DNA of 63,946 nt, counting the filler, from Lenisia limosa (taxonomy: Eukaryota > Protista > Breviatea), in assembly GCA_001655205.1 (NCBI GenBank). It is 7 parts of 7 records of this genome, joined end to end, with 100 filler letters (N's around TTAATTAATTAA, not from the genome) between each part and the next. Parts side by side here need not be neighbours in the genome. Positions count along the whole stretch, not along the records: positions 19,375 to 34,789 come from LPNZ01008855.1; positions 34,890 to 57,532 come from LPNZ01004093.1; 5 more parts are not named here. One strand, 5' to 3'. Below the pieces are notes generated by a model. It saw nothing but the letters and a program-made list of their open reading frames with translations. It made no database searches and was not told the DNA's origin. Position numbers and translations under genes: made by a program. This document shows positions 23,401-35,084 of the stretch, piece after piece (position 1 is the stretch's first letter; every line of letters begins with the position of its first letter).

Positions 23401-24902
23401 AAAGAGCCTCTTACAAGCAAGGAAGTCCATAGTCTCGTGCATGAAGTCGTAGACCTTTTGGTCAGTGCTTCCGAGGTTCTGGGCGTGCTCGCAGTAGGCT
23501 GCTGTGCCCTGGGGGAGGGGGGGGGGTCAGAACGTGCAATACTAATTAGAATCTCAAACGACATAACAGCAAAAAACACAACCACCCCTCCCCAAAAAAA
23601 AAAAGAAGAAGGCCAAGCGCACCTTGAGTCCGTAAAGAATGAGCTCCTGGAGGCCAGCCATGACCTTCCCACTCTTCTTCTGGCGGACGGGAATGGAAAC
23701 CTTCTTACCCTGTCGTAATAAGAAAACATGAGTATTACAAAATTGGGGTCATGTCTAACCAACCTCCTCAACAAGGTCGAGGATAGAGTCAGTGGTGATA
23801 GAGCGCTTAGCGGGGGAGGAAGCATCAAGCATTTTTTCGTCAAGGCCGGCCTAGGATGTGAGAGGGGTAATGGCCATATTGGAGATGCCCCTTTGCACAC
23901 ACCTTCTTGAAGAGATCATGGGCCTTCTCACGGATCTCAAGACCCTCAGCGATGTAATCCTTCGATTGTGAGAGGCATTACGCCAGATGATAAGAATCGT
24001 ATATAACCCTGCACCAACCTTCATGCGTTCGTCGTCAAAGTTGACGTTAGTGATGGTGGAGAAAAGGGCCTAATATCGTGATAAATGTAAACTTAGAGAT
24101 GCCTTTTCCTCGGGCCAACCTTGAGTTGGAACTCGTCAACTTCCTTGTCGTGGATACCCTTGGCGGCAGCAGGGGCGGCATATTGTCCAATGCCAAAAAA
24201 AATCAAAAAAAAAAAAAAAATCAAACCAAAAGTCATTTTTGAAGGTTGAAGGATTCATTACTTTACAATGAGGTAGCAGAGAAAATTACTGTGGCGGAAG
24301 ATTGGGAATATGGAAAACAATGAATGCAACCCTCCGCACCCGTAGCCAACCAAGCTAATCGATGTAACAACAAAGTAGTGCGGAGGAAAAGGAAAAGGGA
24401 GCGTAGGGAAGAAAAAAATCCTCCAAGCCAAAAGTGGTAAACCCTCGTAAATACCTTTGGAAACATCAATAAGAAGGTCTTGAAGGGCAGCAACATCAGG
24501 AGTCTTGCCACAGTTTCCCTTCCAGATGCAACCCTAGTAAGGTTAATGCAATTTACCATCAGAGGAAACCTACAACGCCTTCATCAGTCTGCTCGCACTG
24601 CATACAGAACATGTTCGCTGAATTATGTGAAAAAAGCAACACCTTAAATTGTAAAAATACCTTGTATACAACATTTTATAAATAATGGGAGCAAAGAAAT
24701 TGCTTTCCTTCAACAGCAAAGCCGACAACCAAAAAAAATAAAAGTCAACGAGATTCCAACTAACGTTCGTTAGCCATGGTTACGCTTGCTGAAAAAGAGC
24801 GAACAACATTGGGGAGGATTCTACGGCCAACGGCCGACAGGGCACTCTGAAAAATACATAACTTCCATTGCACAATGGATTCCTTACCTGAAGGGACAAC
24901 AT
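20452..24902 (-). CDS. hcp: Hybrid-cluster protein (hydroxylamine/NO reductase) with an N-terminal presequence
   Basis: Spliced: MLSLQ|[27 protein letters not shown]|[15 protein letters not shown]|[21 protein letters not shown]. Later motifs: [77 protein letters not shown]...DDFGL*. N gaps hide some sequence. Confidence 0.95.
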
Positions 24903-25239
24903 TGTTACTTAATAACAAAGCGTCAAATATCTTGATTTCGGAGGAAATTTTCAATATATATATTACATTAGTTAAATTAGTAACAGTAGTTGAACAAAAA
25001 GTGCTGTTGCGCTTTTGAGCTGCTCTCCTTCTGTATATTTAGTTTCATATTTGTAAGCTCAAAAGATATTGGGTTTTGAATTACCAACGTAGGATAAACG
25101 AAAAACTGCTCTTCTCCTACCTTTGAATATTTGATAATTTCCCTGGATATGTTTAATTCAATTCTAGTTATAAGAAAGGAGATGTAATTTGGGTTGGATA
25201 GACATTGACAAATATTCGCCGCGCAGCCTTTCAACTCCA
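24903..25239. promoter_or_regulatory. Short intergenic region between divergent hcp and Atg22-like starts (possible bidirectional promoter)
   Basis: 337 bp, AT-rich, between two inferred ATGs on opposite strands. Positional inference only. Confidence 0.35.
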
Positions 25240-27800
25240 ATGACCTCTCGCTCCCGCATCCATCGGCATATGCGAAATGCCACAGAAGAAGAAAGAATCA
25301 AAACAAGGAAGGCTGAAGGTAAGCCTCCCTCCCGTTTTTCAACCTCTTTTCTTTTTATAGTAGTTAGGTAATCTTTCTCACTCACTGCATAGCTCATGGT
25401 TTTATCTGGTATGCGGTGGCCAGGAGCCCATATTACGTCACAATTTCGGTGATCCTCTCGGCGCTCCTCATTAAAATGGGTCAGTGGGAGTTCAGCGATG
25501 TCAAATCTTCTTGGTTCGGCGGAACAGGCAATCTGGCCTACTTCTGCCTGCTACCCTTCTTCCTTTCGTTCCTCTTATGATGTTCCAATTCACTGTACTA
25601 TATTTTTTTACTGATTTTTTGGTGTTTATTTTGTTATATATTTTTAAAAGGAGGTGAGAAGAGTCATAATTGTCCAGGAGCACCAAAGTCATTTCTGTCA
25701 TACATGGCCTCTTTAGCCGCTCTGCTCGCAGCCTTTTGTTCACCAGTATGCCATTTGAATAAATCATTTCCTAATGTTTCAGTTTCTTGGAGCCCTCAGT
25801 GACCACACTAACATGCGGCGGCGGCTGTTTGCTATCACCTCACTTTGTGGTGGCACGTCAGCAATATCGTACATGTTCCTCCCCCCACATGCCTGGATGA
25901 TGGCAGGCGGCGTTGTCATTATTGGCGCGTTCTGCTACGAAGCTTCCCTCGTCTTCATGTGCGTCGGAGGTTCACCACCAATTAGGCCATTATGGAGTGT
26001 CCTGGGAACTACGGGGTGTACCTTAGCTGCTATTGATGATTCAGATACGCGTATCTTCCTGAGATTACAGAAGGAGAAAAAGAAGCTGGCAAGGTGTCTA
26101 CTCAAAGCCAAGCATCGGGTAACACTGCCCAGGTACGAAACGGATTTGGTTGTTGTAAAAATGATGATACAAAGCTGCATTGGTACTTTTATTTAGACAA
26201 CCAACAATCGTTCACTCAGTAGATTATTGTCTTGACGCTTCAAGTTGTGATTTTGATTTATCTTGGAAAGTAAGCGCCCTTTGTTTTTCATATTCATATT
26301 ATCAACAATAACATCATTTCATTTGAAATCAATTCACCAAACAATTTACGACTGATTCACAACGACAGGGAATCGCAATTAGCGCTTCGATTTGCAACCG
26401 CAGGTGCAGGATGTAAGCGGTTCTCCTGTTACCCTGTCATTTCAAATGGCATCAGTTGTTACATTGTAGTGTGGTGGGTGATCTTCAGTTTGGTATCAGT
26501 GTCACTGCTGCAACCGCGAGAAGCATCACGGCCATGCCCTGCAACATCCAATGTATTTACGGTCGGCTTCAAGCAGATCTTCCGAAGTACATGCCTTGTG
26601 GCCCAATGCCATCCCCATGCCGGTAAGCGGTTGCTCTAATTTAGTGATAAAACTAATAGTGACAAAAAAAATCAAAATACCTTTTGTGTATGGTTCATTT
26701 TGAGTTGTTGATGTTGCAGGTCGAGTTCTTCTCTCAATGATGTTCTTTCATGATGCTACACTTGGTTGGATGGAACCTCTCTGAGTATTGGTACTGGATG
26801 GACTTAGATGCGTGAAATGGTTAAAGTTGATATATTTACGTTAGTAGCGCTGATAGTGAATCTTGGGGGTTGGCTTCGTGAAGTCATGGAGTTCAGCGAC
26901 CCTGTCATTGGAGCACTGATGTTAAGCACACAGGTCTTCGGTATCATCGGTAGGACTTGGTCTGAATCTGTTGTGCTTTTACGTTTTCAGGTGCGGTCAC
27001 ATTCTTTCAACTTGCGAAGAAGTTTGGAACAAAGAAGTCTATGTGTATCGCCCTCTTTACCTGGGTACGTAAACAGCGTCAACATCACTCCAGTAACTTC
27101 TTAGATGATAATTCTTCCTGTCAGTTTCTTCCACATGGATCCCGATAAGCCTGCTCGTGCGGTTATTATCCTCTTCATTCTTGGTTGGAGGCTCGTTGAT
27201 GGAAAAGCTATTTTCTGTATATTAGCCTCTTCTATGAGATTCTATTTACACTGTAGGCATGGCATTGGGAGGATGTATCACACTCTATCGCTCGTGGTTC
27301 AGCATTCTCATTCCTCAAGGCTTCGAGGCCGAAGTGTGTTATTTCCCTGTCATTTAATTCACTATCACAATATCAATGATGTTTGTTTCATCTAACTTCT
27401 TCAGTTCTTCGGGCTTTATAATTTGTCTTCGAAAGTGACGTCATGGTCGGGTCCCTTAGTGTTCGCTCTCATTGTGGATGTCACTGGTATGCTTTTTGGC
27501 TACTACAGAGTACCACTACTATTGAGTCACTTATAGTTCCGATCTCCGTAGGACTTTTTCTCTCTCTTCGCTAACCCCAATATCTCATAACTGTGATGAT
27601 GTGAACAGCTTCGGCCAAATACACCTTATTTTTGTATTTCTCATTTCCAAATAATATTATATCATACAGTTAACAACTTTTCTCATTTTTCTCAGGCGAA
27701 ATGCGATATGGCATGTTGGCAATGACACTTATTTTTGCTGCGTCTCTGACAGCAGCCTTGTTTGTCAACACTAGGAAGGGTGTTGAGCAAGCTGGGTTCA
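25240..27800 (+). CDS. Atg22/UMF1-like MFS transporter; a low-complexity tail may extend to a stop at ~29268
   Basis: Exons read HGFIWYAVARSPYYVTISVILSALL, FLGALSDHTNMRRRLF, WWVIFSLVSVSLLQPR, FFGLYNLSSKVTSWSGPLVFALIVDVTG and RYGMLAMTLIFAASLTAALFVNTRKG, following the Atg22-family motif order. The 3' end is uncertain. Confidence 0.75.
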
Positions 27801-27822
27801 GGAAAAATATTACAGTGAGGGG

Positions 27823-28002
27823 ATCTTACCATCTTATTATTCAGTGCCATCTTATCATTATCTTATCATTCAGTACCATCTTATCATCCAGAACCATCTT
27901 ACCATTCAGTACCATCTTATCATCCAGTACCATCTTACCATCTTATCATTCAACACCGTTTTACCATTCAGTATCATCCATCTTATCATTCAGTACCATC
28001 TT
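27823..28002. repeat. Degenerate 18-bp minisatellite (ATTCAGTACCATCTTATC), probably intronic
   Basis: About 10 imperfect tandem units, visible directly. Confidence 0.85.
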
Positions 28003-29739
28003 CGAGATATTCCCCGTGAAGACTTGGCCATCCACCTGGTTTCCTCTGACGGAATACGGGCCTTGGATTTAAGAATACCGGCAAGCTACCTCCAGCCTTC
28101 TGTCATCAGGTTTGTTCAGTTTTCTCTGCGCGCTTCACTCTTCCTGTGCTCTTTACACTTAGGTACCCCTGTTCGCACCCAGCCATTACGCCGGAGACCT
28201 CACCTGCTATGATGACTTTCCTCACTAACTTGGTATCCCCTGTCCCTGTCAAACGTGGGTACCTCGTGCTAGGACTAACAGTTTCACAAACGGGATTAAT
28301 ATTGTAACTTGTCACAATGAACTTGACATTTCACATTCACGTTGTAGGGGATGGCCATCAGCTTCAGGAGGTGAGGGCAAAGAACTTGTGTCAATGATGT
28401 CAATTCATGGATTTATGTCTCACACTCCAGACAACAATAGTCACCTTCCCTAAAAATACGCCCATTATCATCTCGCCCGTTATCATCAGACCCGTGGTTG
28501 TTGACAACCAGTCCCCACCTCCTGCATATTCCATTCATGAGAAGGAGCTTGGCTTACCGTTGGGGGGGGGGGTAAAACTTGCTTGAGCGCAATTGTCTTG
28601 GAATATCTCTATTCCTTCCAACGGCATGATCACTAATTGATTTCACTAGGTCATCTACACGCCTCCTTCCACAGTACCAGGGCATTATACAACAAGATCA
28701 GGCATGTCGCAGCATGAGCGGGGCCCTCAGACCACGGACACCACTGAAGGCCTCGATTATGACGTCTCCGAGAGCGGAGAACAACGTATGCTCGGAGAGC
28801 GATATTCCTGCACGCCATATCAGGAAACTCTGATTATTTTTAATCCGCAATAATGTGACCAGATTGGCTTTGACGAGGAACCCATAAGGTCTCATAGAAG
28901 GAGTCATTCGTTGCCCCCTGGCTGGCATGTGCTTTCCGGTCAGTGGCAGATGGAACTCAAAAAATGCTCTCTAATTAATAGTATGGTTATACCCTCATAA
29001 GTCACTACTATGGTGGTACTCTCATCTTACCAATACAGTTACTCTGGAAGAGAATTCAGTCCTATCCCCGTCCCCAGCGACTTCACCATCAGATTACATA
29101 GATGGTTTTTTCCACCACCCAAAAGTACCGGTGCCAGCTGAAGTGTCCGTGAGTATTGATGACAATGAATTTGAATCCCTCCACGTCAGCGACGAAGCCA
29201 TTGCGATTGAGATGGAAGATGAACTCTTTAGTGTTCCTCTCACGCCAACTTCAACTGCTTCGATTTAGGTTCTGTATTGTTATGTTTTGTTTATGTTTGT
29301 TTCTTTCTTCTAATGGTATTTGGTGGTTAAGACTTTAATGCACGTGTTTCTTTTATTTCTTTGTCAATTTAACAATTTCATCCTTCAAATTTCAAAATTG
29401 AATTTCTGAACCTTTTCACGTTCTTATTCTTATTCTTATTCCTATTATTTAGCTCAAGCCATGCGATCCAGCTAGCCACCATAAAGTGAATAATAATAAA
29501 AAAACCCCTATAACTACATGCTGTCAATCATAAGTTACGGCGGCGCATTTTGTATTGATTTTTTTTTTTTCAAACATTTTGTATAAGTTGTGTATAAGCT
29601 GGCATTAAACTCTGGTAGTAATATATTAATGAGTAGCTAAACTCACTAAACCGATTAAGTGTTATATTCTGTTTTACTTTGATTTCTCTCTGTCCTTCTA
29701 AGGGTAGTTGAGTTTTCATTTCCTTTCTAATCACGTTTA

Positions 29740-32700
29740 ATGGCTCGCAAACAATCAAAAAAGGGAACAGTTTCGCCAAAGCCGTCCAAGCGTCAGTCTT
29801 CTTCCTCTGATCGTCAACCCTCACCCCCTCCCCCTGCCAAAAAGCCTTGCAAGGAGAAAGAAGAATCCTCTGAACCCAATCAGAAGGTTGAAGAGTCCAC
29901 TGCCCAACCATCCACAAGCAACTTCCAAGAAGGTTTCCTCCCTATTGAAGAAGAAGATCACCACGAAGCTTTTCCAGCCTTTCCAGAAGAACCGTTGGGG
30001 GGTTTTTTTTAGACATTGAATTAAATAACTTGTATTTTTATAAGTTTGTATATTTGGGTTTCTCACATTCTTTGAATTATTATTAATTATTGTTGGACAA
30101 ATTTTGATGGCCTCAAACACAGTTATAAGCTAATGACCCAGAATGGAAGACTTATTCGGAGGGTCAGATATCCCCCCGCAGCTCCGTGCCCTTCTCGGCA
30201 ACCTGTCGTTCATGCAACCCGCTAATGTACCGGGTAGGACATGTGATTTACTCAGATAATAGTTGCATCGCTTTGTTTCTCTTTTGCTGATTGACATTTT
30301 GTAGGTAGAGAAATGTTCAAGCGCTGGCTAGCCAACCTTGAAGTTGGAAAGGACGTTTCAATCCAAAGTGACACTCTGTATGCAACATGGGGTATTTGTG
30401 TGCTGCAGATTTTCTTGAAATTCTGAGTCTTTCCAATTCAAATTAATGTAATTTTGTAATCTGACAGATTGTTAGTCATTCCTCTTGAGTATAAACACTG
30501 ATGCTATTGGGGGTGGGGAATTGGGCACTCAGGAACAGCAGTGCAAAAAGATCAGCAATTCGAAACCATCTCACAAACTTAGGAATGAGCTCTGCAACCA
30601 TCTTTTGATGGCGAGTGACGAGAGCATGATGGGGTTCGACCTTGATGAATTCATCCCTCGTCTCGTGGCCCTTGTCAGATCCTCTATCGATATCGGAAGT
30701 ACGAGGCTATTCTGCCATCTAATCATTTTCAATTTTACATCTTTGATATCACTTTGTGTTTTTATGATCTAGTACTTGCCTGCCAAGCCCTCGCTAACAT
30801 TCTGAGCATCTTCCCTGAAGCAAACAGATCTATGTTGGTGTGGGTCAACTCGTTAACTTGATTTGACAGACTAAGTGAATTGTTATTGGTTATTTGAACA
30901 TGCCAATGTGAACTTTTTGACCGTGCAGGGAGCGTCATGGTGCAGTAGACGCTTTGGTCGAGAAAATCGAAACCATCGAATCGTCGGATATCACTGAAAT
31001 CGCTCTTTCGGTGGGTGGAGTCCAGGACTTGGGAGGGTAAGATTGACTGGTGTTTCATGAGCAAGATAGCGCGCTGATGATCTGACCCCCTAGGCCCTCG
31101 AGAAGATATCACAAACTCGGCCCAAAGCAGTGGTCAGCTCCGGTGGCCTTGGTGCTTGCCTCCAGTTCCTCGACTTCTTCCCCACTTGTAGGCAAAAAAG
31201 GTCTTCACGTAGCTCGCATTTCCACATTCGCTTGACAGCTCTTCAGGTGTGCAACTGTCCATAGCCCACATTGCCTGCAACTGCTGCTCTGCCGTGGAGC
31301 CCTCAAAATTGGGTAGTGACCAAGCCATCACCGTTGCCCCAGGTACGATGGAATATAATGTCTGTTGTAAACATGGATTAAGGCTATCAAGATATTCTTT
31401 TGCTCAGTCCCCTCCCCTTAGTATTTAACGTTCTCCTGACCCACTCTGACAAACGTCTTGTTGACCTTACTATTTCGGCCCTTCTGAAGTTGGCCAAAGC
31501 TGCAAGAAAAGGTTGGAGCCGAATTATCGTTACATCTGTGATCCCAGTACTTCAGTCTCATGTTTTTTCTCTTTGTTGGTTTCGCCCCATTGACTTCTCA
31601 GTTGAGGACCACAAGTTTGCCACATCTATTTTCCATGACTCCAGTGTGGCTGACACCATTTTCGGATTTGTGACCTCCCGTCCTGAGGAATTCACGTGAG
31701 GGGGGGGGGGTGCATTGGTCATTCATCAGAATTGCACTGATATAACTTTTGTTTGTATGATGGGGAGACATGCAGGAAGCTCGTCTGCAGTTATAATCCA
31801 AATATTTGTGAAATAACATCATCAAAAGCCGTATGGCGTTAACTGTATTGATCAGATTTACGTGTGTCACTCTATTCTGACGTAACAGAGCCGACCGGTA
31901 TGAAACAGTGCTCGAGTTAGCAGCTGAGATGCTTATGGCCTCTCCAGAGCTTGCCGCCGCACAGTTGGATCAGGATCTTTCCAAGGTGGCTGTCGAGCTG
32001 GTTTCCGCCGCCGCGGCTGGTGATTGGGATGTCCTTGATAAACATCGTTGTTTTTGATACAATGTTGGTAATAGTACCTGTTTGATGCTCCTTAGATTCC
32101 AACTCCACTATCGTTGTTCCCACTCTAAGTCTCCTTTCGGCCCTTATTCCCGAGGTAGGCTGTTTTAGGTTAATCGGTATGGGTTAAAAAGGCTGGAAAA
32201 TCCGTTTTCGCTTCACCCTTTGATTCATTCCTCATTTCCAAGGTACCAAAGGCTGGACTCGACACTCATGACCCTTCTACCCCTCAACCAGGTTCGAGTT
32301 GTCATACGATATCTCACTGGTCAGACTTTGAACTGAGATATATTGCTTGAGTAATTGCGTACCATATTTTCTTTTGCTACGAATATCACAGTTAATTTTG
32401 GCGTTTCTAATTTCACAGAATCTTCGGCTCCAGCTGACGCTCCCGAAAAGGAGAAGTCTGGCCCTAATGAAGGTATCAAAATCTGCACGAAATATCATTG
32501 GTCTTTCGCATGGGATGAGAATATTTTCTACCGCTTTTCTGCCACTTTTCATCTGCAACTGTTGCAGCACTCATGTTGTAGAAGAATCATCCGCCCGCGT
32601 TAATTTGTTAGAACGCCTCTCAGGACTGGAAGGTTTGCCATCCCCACCAAAGACTGAAATTTCCTCGATGCATGTCGCTGTTCACTGTCGTTTTGGACTG

Positions 32701-34789
32701 ATGAAACCCTAGTTAATTTTATTGAGTCGATGCTGCTAATGGACAGTAGATTTTCATTACTCCTTTAGAAGCAATACAAGAGGAGCTCAAAGAAGAGGAA
32801 GGGCATTCCGAAGACCTCAGCGGTGGGTTCATTGTGCCGTTATTGTTAATTTTGTTGCTGTAGAGCATGCAATTGATATCCTGGCCGTTTGTCTTGTCCT
32901 ATCTATTTCTTATCCACATTTATTGCTTATGATTCAGACGTAAATGACGAAATGGAGGACGATGAGGAGGAGGAGCATGACGACGACCACGAAGAAATGG
33001 ACTTTGTTGACGAGGAAAACAAATTCGTGGGAAGGGGACGATGGATGAGCAAATATCGTTAATTTAATATCGCGTAAGATGCACGAAATGAATATTCGCT
33101 TTTAGTGGTTTTGTATCCCAACAGTGTAGCAATGGGACGAGGAAGACGATGAAGACAATGATGAAGGGGACGCATTTGCTCAGAGTCTTCTGTCCCGTCT
33201 TGGCATCAATCTCAACAATCGCAAGGTCAATGAAGGACCCTCAAAAGAGGTCCGTCCTTGTTCCTTCAGACCTATCCCCGATAACCCCATTTTAACCCTN
33301 NNNNNNNNNNNNNNNNNNNNNNNNNNNNNNNNNNNNNNNNNNNNNNNNNNNNNNNNNNNNNNNNNNNNNNNNNNNNNNNNNNNNNNNNNNNNNNNNNNNN
33401 NNNNNNNNNNNNNNNNNNNNNNNNNNNNNNNNNNNNNNNNNNTTTCTCTCTTCTTACTGCATTCAAAAACAGTATCATCCCATGCCGCACAATATCTCAC
33501 GCACGTGACCACATAGGTGTTAGCTCGACGCCTAGTCAGCATGCAGGTGAGAGCAGCTGCATTGGAGGCTCAACGCGAGGCCTTCAGCAGCCTGGCCACC
33601 GCAGTTATTGAACCGTTGTCGCATCTGGCCACACATGTCACCTCCGAGGACCTGTCTCAGAAGGTTGGCCGTCCGTGTGACTCTCAAAACATCCGAAGAC
33701 TCTTACCTCCTCCCCCAGGCGAGTGTAATTCTGGACAAGATCTGCTACTATGCCGACAAGGACCTCGCGGACGTTTTACTGAAGTCGTCAATCCTGTGTT
33801 CATGCCTGGCGTCTCTTCTGTCATCTCGTGACCTCATTCGTCGCGCTCTCGGTACGCTCCAATCAAATTCATGTTCCGGTAGAAGCGCTGTAGAGTATCT
33901 ATATCGAATTAGGACGTTTCTTACAACTTAGGACTGCATTCATGCTTCACCCTCTTCGCCCAACTCACTACCAACGCCCACGAGGCCTTCTCAAAACACG
34001 GTATTTGGGTGTCAAAACCGGGCTGTTTGACGAGGTTTTCTGCATGTTAATGTTTGTGGCTTTAACTGACCTTTAAGGTATTCCCCATTGGGTGGCTAAA
34101 TTGGCCAATCCGGGCGCCCAATCCACTTCCACTGTGGGAGGGGGGGGGGCCAGAGTATTGTTGAGGATTTATCATGCATTTTTCTTTGAATTGCCATGGA
34201 TTTGAGGATTAATGGACCAGACTCCCAAGAAGCCAGCAAGCAAGCCTGCACCACGCACACCGTCCTGCTTTACCCCCGACTTCCACCCCAACAAAAGGTG
34301 GCCATCTCGAATACAATGTTTCTGCATTATTTTATTCCTGTACAATTACATCCCTAGATTTCTATTTATTTCTCTTGTTCAAATAAAAAAACTACATCCG
34401 AAAACGATTGGATTTCCTGGTTGACCCGACAGTGCAAGCCTGGCCTCGTGGGTCAAGAAGAAGGCGAGCCAACTTGCGGCGATAATGGAGCCGTCGGCTA
34501 CTGAGGATTCCGAGATCGTTAGATCGTTCAAGACCAGCATTGAGACCCTCAACACAGCTCAGGATAGGGAACAGGCTCAGGCGGCCCTGAAGGTTTGCCC
34601 TTTTGGTTCTGAACCCACGCCATGGGAACTAACTTTGTAGGAGTTGGCCAATATCATGTCGCACGACAGTGTGAGTGAGTTTGAAGTAGCGGAGTCAGGC
34701 GTGATTGAGAGTCTTGCCGCCTACCTGGGAGACAACACCGATGAAGCACGAAGATGCCTGAGGCTCACAGACTTCCTTGACGCCTTCGC
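29740..34789 (+). CDS. Ufd4/TRIP12/UPL3-type HECT E3 ligase, N-terminal ARM region; truncated at the linker, HECT domain not seen
   Basis: MARKQSKK... low-complexity N-terminus, then ELCNHLLMASDESMMGFDLDEFIPRLVALV, LACQALANILSIFP, GAVDALVEKIETIE, ALEKISQ....AVVSSGGLGACLQFLDFF and SVSEFEVAESGVIESLAAYL. Confidence 0.85.
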
Positions 34790-34889
34790 NNNNNNNNNNN
34801 NNNNNNNNNNNNNNNNNNNNNNNNNNNNNNNNNTTAATTAATTAANNNNNNNNNNNNNNNNNNNNNNNNNNNNNNNNNNNNNNNNNNNN
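34790..34889. other. Artificial scaffold linker
   Basis: 44 N + TTAATTAATTAA + 44 N. Confidence 0.95.
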
Positions 34890-35084
34890 AGCATTCATTT
34901 CAAGAGTTGAGAAGATGTACCGGGTGAACCCTTTCCATAACGTCGAGGTAAGTGGGCAAAATCATCTCTTTAAGCAGGGTGGTAATTCAGAAAATTGTCA
35001 CGGATGCGTTGTTAGACAATTGTTCTAAGATGCCTTCTTTGAAATGAATTACTTTTTTTGTTAATAACTACCGTTACTTCAGTT

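Noticed and set aside
27701-28212. ORF-track proteins with HLIIQY/TILSF repeats
   Set aside because: They are read-through of the 18-bp minisatellite, which is open in several frames.
34891-34947. Phosphodiesterase-like peptide FISRVEKMYRVNPFHNVE
   Set aside because: It resembles Y..NP(Y/F)HN, but I could not find a following HA.DV exon or any other PDE motif.
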